This document shows, one piece after another, positions 37,000 to 48,873 of a stretch of DNA of 64,000 bases. The DNA is from Macrostomum lignano (Eukaryota): the NCBI GenBank assembly GCA_002269645.1, contig NIVC01001749.1, positions 12,968-76,967 of the forward strand, written 5' to 3'. The notes beneath the pieces are model-generated. The model made no database searches and had not been told where the DNA came from. It saw only the letters and a list, made by a program, of their open reading frames with translations. A program made the position numbers and the translations under genes. Position 1 is the stretch's first letter. Each line of letters opens with the position of its first letter.

Positions 37000-38110
37000 T
37001 TAGTTCAATCTGACTGCTATTAGCATCCACTATAAGTAGTATATAGCTCAGTGCAAGCATTTTAAATAGGATTCATTTTTATTAAGTTCGCGCAGACACA
37101 AATCTGCAACAAAAAAACTTGGAACAGACAGACAAGCAAGAAAAAAACCATTAATTTGTGGCGCATTTTAAATCATTAATTTCAGTGTGTTTCCTCTGAC
37201 CAACTATAATATTATTAGTAGGAGATATTTTAAATTAATTGGAAGATCAAACAAGACAATAGAAAGATTTTATTCATTCAATTCCAATCCATTATCAAGT
37301 TAATAATTGAATCAAACTTGACACCTGACAATACTCAGTCATAATAATAATTACGACAAAAAATTAATTTACTATGAAACTTGAGTAGTCTCAAGCAATG
37401 CTTAATATAATGTAACAACTAGTATATCAGGTAAATGAAAAGGAACATTAGTTAAGTCCTTACGCTACAAAAATAAGTTATTTTCAAGCCAAGAAAAAAA
37501 AACAAAAGAGCAGCGAGAGAAAAATTACTTTAGAAACATTAATATAATATTTATACTACATTAATCCTGCACCCCCGGAAACACACACAAAACGAACTCG
37601 CGAACAACACTTGTAACAAATTGAGACCAAAAACACAAGTCTTAGATATCTTTTATTCGAATCCAACAGAACACCAAAACGTAACAGCAGCAAAATATGT
37701 CAAATTATAACGAGAATAAATAATAACAATAATTAAAATATATAATTACTGAGTATGACGGGCACGCAGGAAATTTGAAAGCAAGAAAAACAAATTTATA
37801 TCTTAAAGAATCCATACTAAAATTTATATAATTGTCGCTTCCACTATTAATTTATTTAGGAAATTTACTATTTCATTGCTATACATTTTATAGCGTATTT
37901 TCTGTCAGTAGACCTATAAGTAGGATAATCATCACATGTATATCTTAATTTAATTGTGGAAATGAAAATTACGGGCGGAAATTTGGGGTTAGAAAATTAT
38001 AATAGAATAATAATAGATCAAGGAGCATGAGTCACAATAATGAGGATTTGGATACGGGGTCAGCCAGCCAGCAACACAAAAAACTCTACTTTTCAGTTCA
38101 GAGTTTGAGC

Positions 38111-41100
38111 TCAATCGTGCAGCGTGGCCGTGGATTCCAGGGTGCCCACAAAAGTCCGCGTCGCCTCGCGTTGACTGCCGTCGGCGTGTTCGTCGTACCA
38201 GTTTTTGAATGACTCCTCTGACACCAGACGGTTGTCAAGAAAGACTGTGAATACTTCTGGCAGCAGTTCTGCCAGTGCGGAGTTTTGGTTGCGCGATTGA
38301 GAATCGAGTGCACTTGGCTAAGATTTAATAGACTTTTAATTCAATTTAACAGTGGAGGGCAGCGGCTGTCACTGAACTGAAGGGGCCTCAGGGGGGGCAG
38401 CGGCTGTCACTGAACTGAAGGGGCCTCAGGGGGGCAGCGGCTGTCACTGAACTGAAGGGGCCTCGGGGGGGGGGGGGCAGCGGCTGTCACTGAACTGAAG
38501 GGGGCTCGGGGGGCAGCGGCTGTCACTGAACTGAAGGGGCCTCGGGGGGGGGGGCAGCGGCTGTCACTGAACTGAAGGGGCCTGGGGGGGGGTGCAGCGG
38601 CTGTCACTGGAACTGAAGGGGCCTCGGGGGGGGGGGCAGCGGCTGTCACTGAACTGAAGGGGCCTCAGGGGGGCAGCAGCTAATCTGACTCACCAACAGA
38701 CGAGCCGTCAACCAGACAAGCGGCCGTCGCCTTCAGCGACCAGATCTCCTGGGAGAAGCCTTCAACAAACTGTTGCAACACCGAGCAGAGCCGCTTTAAC
38801 AGGCCAGCGTCTAGTTGGCCGGCGCACAGACAGGCGCCGCAGACGCCGCGCATCAGCTCCCGGTTGAAGGCTTCGCAGTCCCTGTCGGCCCTGGCGACTC
38901 CCCTTTCCAGCAGGTCGATGACCGACTCAGCCAGTTTGTCGGCGTCGCCTTCGGGCAGGCCGGCCCGGACAACTTCTTGAACTCGTCCGGCCAGGCGTTC
39001 GAAACTGAGCCGAGAGGCGGCCGAGTCCGGATCGGGCAGCGGGGACTCGGTGAACTCCAGCTCCTTGCTGGTGACAAACGCGGCGGCCGATTCGGCGGAC
39101 GTCTCCAGCACGGTCGGCCAGCAGACGCCGGCGTCGCGGAAATCTTGGCCAACCCGTTCGTGGCCGAGCCGGACGCTGGCCAGATGAGCGGCACGGGAGA
39201 GAATTTCGCCGCGTAGAGGCGACTTTTTGCCGCCAGCAAAGCAGAGAATGTCGGAGGGGATCAGCATCACCAGGCGGAGTACGCAGTCCAAATAGCTGGC
39301 AGATTTTTGCAGGAAAGAGGAAAATATTTCGCCCAGGTAGGAGCCGAGCAGAGGGAAGTCTGACTGCATGTCCTCGGCGTTCTCCATTAAATTGGAGAAG
39401 CTGCGGGATGTGGAGTAAGGGATAGGAATGTAATTAAAGGTAGATACATAGACAGACACTAAAACACACAGACAGATACTTAGACACTAAAGCAGAGACA
39501 GACAGACAATGACAACAGACAGACACTAATGCAGACAGACAGACAGACACGCAGAGTAGCACACGGGAGAACAATATTAAGTGTAGCTCCCAACCTAAAT
39601 CCCAGCAAGCAAAGCGCACCTGCTGAGACTCAAACAGGAGAGCCAGCTCATGCTGCTGTCAGCAATCGCCTGTAGGAGAGCTCGCAAATTGTTTCATTTA
39701 TCTGCGGTCTCGCTGGTGGCATTGCAAAGCCTGTGCAGACTACTTAGCTAAACATGAGTCAGTAGCATATGTGGCATATTCTACCTAAATCCCGGCAGAT
39801 AGCGGTGAGAACTGCAGAGACTCAAACAGAAAGCCTGATAAATTTGATTTAGCAAGACGTTTAGGAGAGATTGTCGCAAATGTGTTCAGACTGGCTCAGC
39901 CAGCCTTTCCCTTGGGTGTTGGGAAAAGCAACCGAACCGGTCAGAAGTTGCGCTTTCGCTGGTTCGTCTTGCAAAATTTTTACACGCATTAGGAATCCTA
40001 ATTGCATTGAGACGCCTACTTATTTGTTTTGGTCGAACTTAACAGAACTGTATTAGCATGAGTTGAATGCACTTCATTTCAGGTCAAACTGCTTTGCTGA
40101 TTGTGCTATCAATTTTATTAAGCGGGTAACGCTTAAACAACGAGATGTCACGGTACAAGTTGCCAAAAAGCCGTCAAAGTCTAATAGTCAATTTGAAGCG
40201 TTTTATTGTTTGCGACTCTGAAACGACTCTGGAGCCGTAGAGTCGTATTTGAGGCGTGCTATAGTTGCTATAGAGTCACATCTTTTAGCGAAATTTTAGC
40301 GCCAACACAACGGTCTTTGGACGACTCCTTTTATACGATTCTGCAACTCGCGTGACGCAATAGTCGCCTCCCTGTCGCATTTGAGCGGCTTTGAGTCGTT
40401 CGATTCTGGTCACGGTATCGTTTTCTAGGGGTCCTCCAACTCACTACTACTCATACAGCACACGCCAATAGTCCCTAATTTTATCGCAACACTCCAAAAA
40501 GCAAACATCACCACACGCAAAGTGTAGATTTAATAACAAACGAACCCGTCAATAACAGTCCGAATATCGATAAGCCGACAATCCAACAACTCGAAGAACA
40601 GCCGACCGCCTTTTTCGCGCAATTCTTTACTATTAGCGTTGAGCAAATGCTCGGCATTGATGTCAACAAACACTTTCAAATGCGGATGCGAGGCAATCTC
40701 TTGGAAGCAGGATTTAGTCTCGTCTAGAGAGATAACGCCGGCGAGCCACTCTTCCATAATGTTCTTAGATTTGCGGCCAAGAGCCTCTTTGTCGAGAATG
40801 TTGGCAGTAGCCGAGGCCGAAGCGCCCAGGCGGGACGGCAACTCGTGAGTGGACATGGACCGGTGCATGCCGACCAAGGGAGCAGCTGACAATGCTGTCA
40901 CGGCTTTGGGCGCTGGTCCGGGGGTCTGCTGTCTGGCTAGCTGGGACTGTTGAACTGGCTGCTGCTGGTCGCGGGTGCTGTGCGGCGAGCCTTCGCGACT
41001 GGCACCCCGGCTGCCGCTCGACTCGCGACTGTTGTTCCGGCGCCCGCCGGCGCCTCCGCTGACGCCGCCAGTCAGACTGAAAAGGATGAACAGGAAAAAT

Positions 41101-42783
41101 TATAATGGATACATAAAAACTAGCAGAACTGTACATTCAGAGACTGAAAGACAATGACTGGACACTAGGAAAGGCACACAAACGTCTAGACACAAGGCAC
41201 AGACGGACAGACACTAAGACACCCAGACACTAATACAGACAGACAGTCAGTCAGACAGACAGTCAGACAGACAGACAGACAGACAATGACAACAGACAGA
41301 CGGACAATGACAACAGACAGAGACAGACAGACAATGACAACAGACAGAAAGACAGACAGACAGTCAATGATAACAGACAGACACTAATGCAGACAGATAG
41401 ACAGACATACAATGACAACAGACAACGACAACAGACAGACACTAATGCAGACAGACAGACAGACACGCAGAGTAGCACACGGGAGAACAATATTAAGTGT
41501 AGCTCCCAACCTAAATCCCAGCAAGCAAAGCGCACCTGCTGAGACTCAAACAGGAGAGCCAGCTCATGCTGCTGTCAGCAATCGCCTGTAGGAGAGCTCG
41601 CAAATTGTTTCATTTATCTGCGGTCTCGCTGGTGGCATTGCAAAGCCTGTGCAGACTACTTAGCTAAACATGAGTCAGTAGCATATGTGGCATATTCTAC
41701 CTAAATCCCGGCAGATAGCGGTGAGAACTGCAGAGACTCAAACAGAAAGCCTGATAAATTTGATTTAGCAAGACGTTTAGGAGAGATTGTCGCAAATGTG
41801 TTCAGACTGGCTCAGCCATCCTTTCCCTTGGGTGTTGGGAAAAGCAACCGAACTGGTCAGAAGTTGCGCTTTCGCTGGTTCGTCTTGCACTTTGGGGATC
41901 TCTATCTCTTCAACAACAAGGCTGACTCACCGCTGTAAAGCTGGTGATCGGCCCGCGCCAGCGCCGGCGCCAGCTCCGCGCGCCCGACTAATACTCGGCC
42001 GGGACGGTCCAAGCCGCATAGGAGCGGAGCCGCCGCTGCCACCGAGACCGCCGCTAGCTGACGCGTCGCCAGCAATGCCGGAAGACTCGCCACTATCCAG
42101 AATCAGCTTCCTAGTGTCCATCTTCTGCTGGCGCCGACTATTAGCCACCACTGGGGTCCATTCAGCGTCAGCCGATGTTGGCGGCAGCAGAGCTGAGTTG
42201 CCCGGCGACGCCGGCGGCCTGCCGTAGTTGCCGCGGCCGCCGCGACCGCCTCCTCCGCCTCCTCCGCCGCCAATGTTGCTAGCAGCCATGGCACGCCTGG
42301 CCTCCTCTTCGCGCTCCTTCTGTTCCAGCTCCTCCTTGGTCATGGGTCGCTCCTGAAGCCGGCGCTCCATTTCGCGCAGCTCCCAGCCGCGTTCGCGCAT
42401 TTCAACAACGTCGATTAGTTTAAATCGGACCTTGGATTCGATGCTTTTATCGGCTATGATCTTTTTAATCTGACCGAACGAAGCGTCCAACTGGGTGGAC
42501 TCGTTCTGCTTGCGATTTCCTGTCGGCGTTTCTAGTTTCTTACCAACAGTACGCAACAGCTCGCACAGGCATTCCAGCGATTCGACTAGAGTGCCTCGAC
42601 TGTTGCTCTTTGAAGGCTGATGACAGCTAAGGAGGGCTGTTATACAGCTGTAGATTATATTAGCCGTCAGCACGCCTTTCATGTAGAGTTCGCCAATGAA
42701 TCTGAAATAGTTGACGAAAGCGTGAAAAATTATAGTTAACTAGGATCGCGACGGTAGTAGTAGTAGCAGTTTTAGTAGTAGTA

Positions 42784-42829
<46 letters not shown>

Positions 42830-45800
42830 CAGTAGTGGTAGTAGTAGTAGTAGTAGTAGTAGCAGTAGTAGTAGTAGTAGTAGCAGTAGTAGTAGTAGCA
42901 GTAGTAGTATGAATAGTAGTAGTAGTTTCAGTAGCAGTAGCAGCAGTGGAACAGTATATTACCAAGTGAATATAGATGCATTAGTATGTAGCTGCATATT
43001 ACCTGTGCAGTATTACATAGCATTAGTAATTCCTATATATTAGCGTGACAAGCAGTAAAAACAGTGCGCAATTAACGACACGCTCGCCTGATTAAGAGAT
43101 TAAAAAGGAATCATGATCTGCCAAACAAACCAGGGAGCCAAAAATGGAAAAAAACAGAAATACTTTGCTGCCATAAAGACCTAGAATAATACCGCATGTA
43201 GCATGTCTCTACACAATCAGAGCTTGTAGAGCGCGCATCCTCAGGCTGTTGGCATACTATTACTATACACTAATTAGAGTCAGTTAGCTGGGCGGAAACA
43301 CTAATAACTCAGTGTACTACAGTCCTAGAGCTAGGAAACACGAACTGTAGCAATTTATAAGACCTAGCTACGCAGATTACGGGCTGCCAGAATTGAAATT
43401 GTTTGCAATTATTTTTAGCTTACCGAATATTTCCATAGTATTGATCCTTCACTTTCTTCACTTGTTCCTCTTTTTCTTCTTCTAACGATTTTTTCTTGTC
43501 TTCTTTCTCCTCCTTGCTAATAATTTGATCCCAATAATCGGCTTTAGTCTCCATCTGGTCTAATAGAGGAGTTTCGAACATTAATTGGCACTTTTTCAAC
43601 AGCAGCGAGCGGTGCGTGATGCACTTGTCGGGCAAAGTCTTGTCCGTGTTCACTTTTAACTGCAATAGGATTGCGAGGGTTGAGGTTTGCGAGGGTTGAG
43701 GTTTGTGAAGGTTGAGGTTTGTGAAGGTTGAGGTTTGTGAAGGTTGAGGTTTGTGAAGGTTGCGGTTTGCGAGGGTTGAGGTTTGCGAGGGTTGAGGTTT
43801 GTGAAGGTTGAGGTTTGTGAAGGTTGAGGTTTGTGAAGGTTGAGGTTTGTGAAGGTTGCGGTTTGTGAAGGTTGCGGTTTGCGAGGGTTGAGGTTTGTGA
43901 AGGTTCAGGTTTGCGAAGGTTCAGGTTTGCGAGGGTTGAGGTTTTCGAAGGTTGAGGTTGGTGAAGATTGAGTGTTGTGAGACAGGATTTGTGAAATCAG
44001 ATGCTAGTGTTTGTAACTAACGCTTAATTCGTATTCAACTCGAAATTAGTAACATACTTAATTACGACAAATTCATTCTATCAATAGTTTAAAAGACGCA
44101 GAATGAAAATTGAACCAACTTGAAGAAAGTCTGATCACCGCCCACGCAAAAACATTCGTCAATATGCATCCAACATAAGTGCATGAGGAAACTAGACAAC
44201 GTATTGAATAGGAACTTTGTTCGTGCGTACAACAGTTGTCAAGTTTTTATCTTACAATATTATCATGCAATACTTTCTTACAAGTTTTAGAAAACACCAG
44301 AAAAACATTTATAGTTGGCTGGGTTTAACAGTGAAGAGAGAAGTAACTGCTGCAACATTGAACAGTGCAGCGTTGCGCCCACCCGCCCCAGAACAGAGGC
44401 CAATATATAGATAAGCTTGATTAGAATCGGGCATATGGTGGGACAGGAGACAGAGAGACACAGAGACAAAAAAAGACGAAGTGGGCTTACAGAGTGGACA
44501 CGCGGGGTTTGCAACAGAGAAAGACTGGCAGTCATATAGCCGCGTGCCGCATACATACTTGGCCTCAGCTTGTCTATACAAGAGAATAGCAACAAAAGCT
44601 GTCAACAGCGCTTAAACTCGACCCAGCTGTGTGTACCGTAACTGTGTACCCTTAATTATATCTGCACATCATGCATAATGCCAATAGAGTCCTAACGTAT
44701 TAGCTAATGTTTACATTGTGCAGCATGCATAAATCCCAACTTACAAACGATAACCGCTTGCAGATCTCGGCAAACACAGACGAATAAGAGGTCTCTCGGG
44801 TGGCCTGCAAAAAAAGAAGAAGAGAGTTCCGGTTGTGTCAGTTTAAACATTATATTAAAACAACTTTTATTAACTCCGCTAGCGTTAGGAATGTAAAGAG
44901 CATGTTTAAGAGGTTTTTTCTAAATTCACGCTAACAATATTTCGGTCAGTCTGTTAGCGATTTGTTAAACCAGTCTAATAATACTGGCATAGATAAACCA
45001 AACAGGGTTTTGACCCTAAAGCCAATTAAAGCACAGCCAGGCAGCAGGACACATCATTTTATGCCTATACGCTGGCGAAGCATTAAATTTTGCTAGTCCA
45101 AAACAAATCAAATCAACAAAAAGGAAGACAAGCGACAGAAAGGTGAATGAAAGCGGAACAGGACAGACAGACAGGCAATGCAACTTGACCGATCTAGTCT
45201 GAGGACACACGTTTGGAGTTGCCTTTCCTATCGGTGAGGAACTCAGCTAACAGCTATTATCGATTTTTCCGCTCAAACCTAAACGGAATTGTGTGCTTTG
45301 CTTTTTTTATTAATTTGAGTCGCCATGCTTGACTGGGAAGGACTCCGTCACGCCAGATTTATAGACGGAATGTGCAGATTTTGCTAACAATACCGAAAAA
45401 GGCTTAACAAAACATTCAGACAATTATTTCAAAGTTACCATTTTGTTATGATTTGACTACACGATTTTTTGTGTAAGACAGGGATAACAATCATCATTGT
45501 TTTGTTGGCCTTCTTCTTTGCACAACCACTGCTTTGCAAATGAGAAATGGGTATCTGGGAGGCTGGCCCAGCAACTGAGGATCTGGGAGGCTGGCCCAGC
45601 AACTGGGGATCTGGGAGGCTGGCTCAGCAACTGAGGATCTGGGAGGCTGGCCCGGAAACTGGGGATCTGGGAGGCTGGCTCAGCAACTGAGGATCTGAGA
45701 GGCGGCCCAGCAACTGGGGATCTGAGAGGCTGGCCCAGCAACTGAGGATCTGAGGGGCTGGCTCAGAAACTGAGGATCTGGGAGGCTGGCTGGCCCAGCA

Positions 45801-48789
45801 ACTGGGGATCTGAGGGGCTGGCCCAGAAACTGAGGATCTGGGAGGCTGGCATTTCATAATCTAGATGTGAAAAAAATGACCCCAAAAACGGAGCAACAAA
45901 TAGCAATTAACAATAAGCAAGCACCTTTTCAAACATGATATCCACGCAGCACTTCAGACCGTCCTCGGTGCCAATATCGCACTTGGTCAGCTGTTGAAAG
46001 CAGGATTCGAAATTCTGCGGCGTCACCTTGTTCAAGATGGATCGAATGCTGCGCTCGATATCCTGCCGCCTATCAGTATCCGGGTCGTCAGTTTTCTTTT
46101 GCAAAAAGCCAGGCACGTAGGCGTTATCAGTGTGATGCAGGTCCACTTTTTCGCGGCTTCGAACTTCAATAACCATCTGCTTCGGCTGTTGATGCTGCTG
46201 TCTAGGCGTGTTGCCGCGACTAATCTGCTGTTGTTGCTGCTGCTGCTGTTGCCTAGGAAATGCGCCCGATTTGCTTTTATCCTTAGGCGTAGCCATGTGG
46301 CTAGGAACCGATTGCACGTAGGTAGGCATGAAGTTAACGCCTTGAATGCGTTGCTTGAAATGAGAAATTTGGGGGGGGGGTTGCTATGCATTGGTTAGCT
46401 GAAGTCATTAACAATTGTTTAGATGCTCCACGCACTCTATATGCTTGCAGTTTGAAGGCTCAGTAGCGTTTCTGAATCTCTCATGTGCATATCAGACTGC
46501 GGATATCATCATTGCCGATCAAAACTATAAATCAAATTTTACAAACTAGTTAATTTCTCCATATAATATATAGTACTCATGGCTCAGTAGCGTTTCTGAT
46601 TCATCATTTTTATTGATTAATCCGATCGCATGTGTCATCATAGCCGTGGAGATCATTGCTATTTGTATACATTAGGACAACTGTGCAACTGGCATGATGC
46701 ACACTAAATGCTCATACTGCACATAAACAGAGAGTGGCACAGCTAGCACATGAAGTGGCACAGCTAGCACACAAAGTGGCACAGCTAGCACACAAAGTGG
46801 CACGGCTAGCACATGAAGTGGCACAGCTAGCACATGAAGTGGCACAGCTAGCACAGAAAGTGGCACAGCTAGCACACAAAGTGGCACAGCTAGCACACAA
46901 AGTGGCACAGATAGCACACAAAGTGGCACAGCTAGCACATGAAGTGGCACAGCTAGCACATGAAGTGGCACAGCTAGCACATGAAGTGGCACAGCTAGCA
47001 CATGAAGTGGCACAGCTAGCACACAAAGTGGCACAGCTAGCACATGAAGTGGCACAGCTAGCACACAAAGTGGCACAGCTAGCACATGAAGTGGCACAGC
47101 TAGCACACAAAGTGGCACAGATAGCACACAAAGTGGCACAGATAGCACACAAAGTGGCACAGATAACACACAAAGTGGCACAGCAAGCACACAAAGTGGC
47201 ACACCAAGCACTAAAAAAATGGCGCTCCCTACACGCCAACCCTATTAGAAAGAACTTGACCCACCAATCAGTGCCATAAAAAATAATAAGCACAAAGTTG
47301 AATTACTGGTACTTACCACTTCGGTCTTTCGCAACAGTTCAGGAATATCGCAGGGCAGTGTACTAGGCTTCTGGGTAGATAATTGAGCATCCTGCAGTTT
47401 AAGCAGAAAATCTCTATCGTAAGTCTTTTTACGTTCAAGCGTAACTTTGTCCGATTCGCCTTTCTCAGGCTTGAATTCGTATTTTGGCGCTTTGCTAGCG
47501 GCTCCGGCGCCGCCTGAAGATGAAGCGTCAGCGCCAGCAGCAGCTGAACCGGCATTTCCAGCCTCAGCCAGAGAAGTCAACTGATTGTGACTGTGACTGT
47601 GATGCAGCACACTGACCGCATCGACTGACTGACTGCGCAGAGTCGTGGGCGCCGGTCTCAACATATCGGCATCAAATTTAGGCAGTCGTTCGCCAACTTC
47701 ATCTTTGACGCTTTCAGCTTCAGTAACCGGCGTGTCGGTTTTTCCAGCCTCATCCTTGACAACAGTGCCAGCATTGGCTGCCTCTGGATTTGGCGGCGAA
47801 GTTTTGCCATCTTTAGCCGAACGAACCTGGGCTAGCATGTCTTTTTGCACTACATAACGCTGCTCCTGTTCGCCTTTGTTATTCGCGGCGTCGCTTTGCT
47901 GCTGTTGCTGCTGCTGCTGCGGCTGAGGCGTGACTTGCTGCTGCTGCTGGGGCTGCGGCTGCTGCTGCTGGGGCTGGGGCTGCTGCTGCTGGGGCGGCGG
48001 CTGCTGCTGCTGCGGCTGAGTGGGCTGTTTCGGTTTCAACTCAATTGCAGAATTAGTCCTCGGATCAATAAATGTTAGTATCTTCTTTTGTGTTACATCC
48101 GGCTGCTGCGGTTGCTGCTGGTTAGCTTGCTGTTGGGACTGCTGCTGCTGCTGTTGATGTCGCTGCTGCTGATGCTGCTGTTGCTGCTGATGCTGAGGCG
48201 GCGGCGGCAGCAGCGGCTGCGGCTGAGTAGAGGCCAGCGGAGGAATATTATAAGCGCCAGCATGGCTGGCATGGGGAGCGTACATTGGGGCTGGGTGCTG
48301 CTGATGAGCGGCTGGCACGTAGGCAGGCTGGGCGCCGTACATAGCGTGAGGCGGCTGCTGATAGTACATAGCCGGAGCCCCTGGCGGTGCAGCTCCAATC
48401 ATGTGCTGCTGATGCGCGTGCGGATGGTGCTGGGGGCCGAACTGGTGCCCAGCCGGGAGGCCCTGCGCTGCGCCAGCCGACGTTGCCGGCCAGCCAGGCT
48501 GACCGTAGGGCGGCTTCAGTGGTTGAATAAAGTAAATACATTAGATTAGACTAGCATAGAAATCTTAATAACTGATAGGTACGAGTTCAAAAAATACCAA
48601 GCCGCATTGGCTGTCTTGCTAACAATTAAAAACCTTTTGGTGTATTGATGTTTTGCTTCGTTGGCATTAGATATAAATAGATAGATAGATAGATAGATAG
48701 ATAGATGGATAGATAGATGGAAAGATGGATAGATAGATAGATAGATGGATAGATAGATAGATAGAGAGATAGATAGATGGAAAGATAGA

Positions 48790-48873
<84 letters not shown>

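Noticed and set aside
38680-39459. 259-aa ORF as an independent gene
   Set aside because: It is the MA3/W2 exon of eIF4G (AEDMQSDFP motif, phase-consistent junctions).
43170-43260. Hairpin followed by ACA (possible H/ACA snoRNA) in an eIF4G intron
   Set aside because: No convincing lower stem, pocket or H box.
44940-45062. Fourth C/D snoRNA with a 10-nt match to 18S AGCGAUUUGU
   Set aside because: C box is imperfect (ATGATGT), the match is not adjacent to the CTGA, and there is no terminal stem.
48400-48430. Apparent frameshift in the eIF4G N-terminal exon
   Set aside because: Re-reading gives CAC CAT CCG CAC GCG CAT CAG in frame; 48513 to 48402 is exactly 37 codons.
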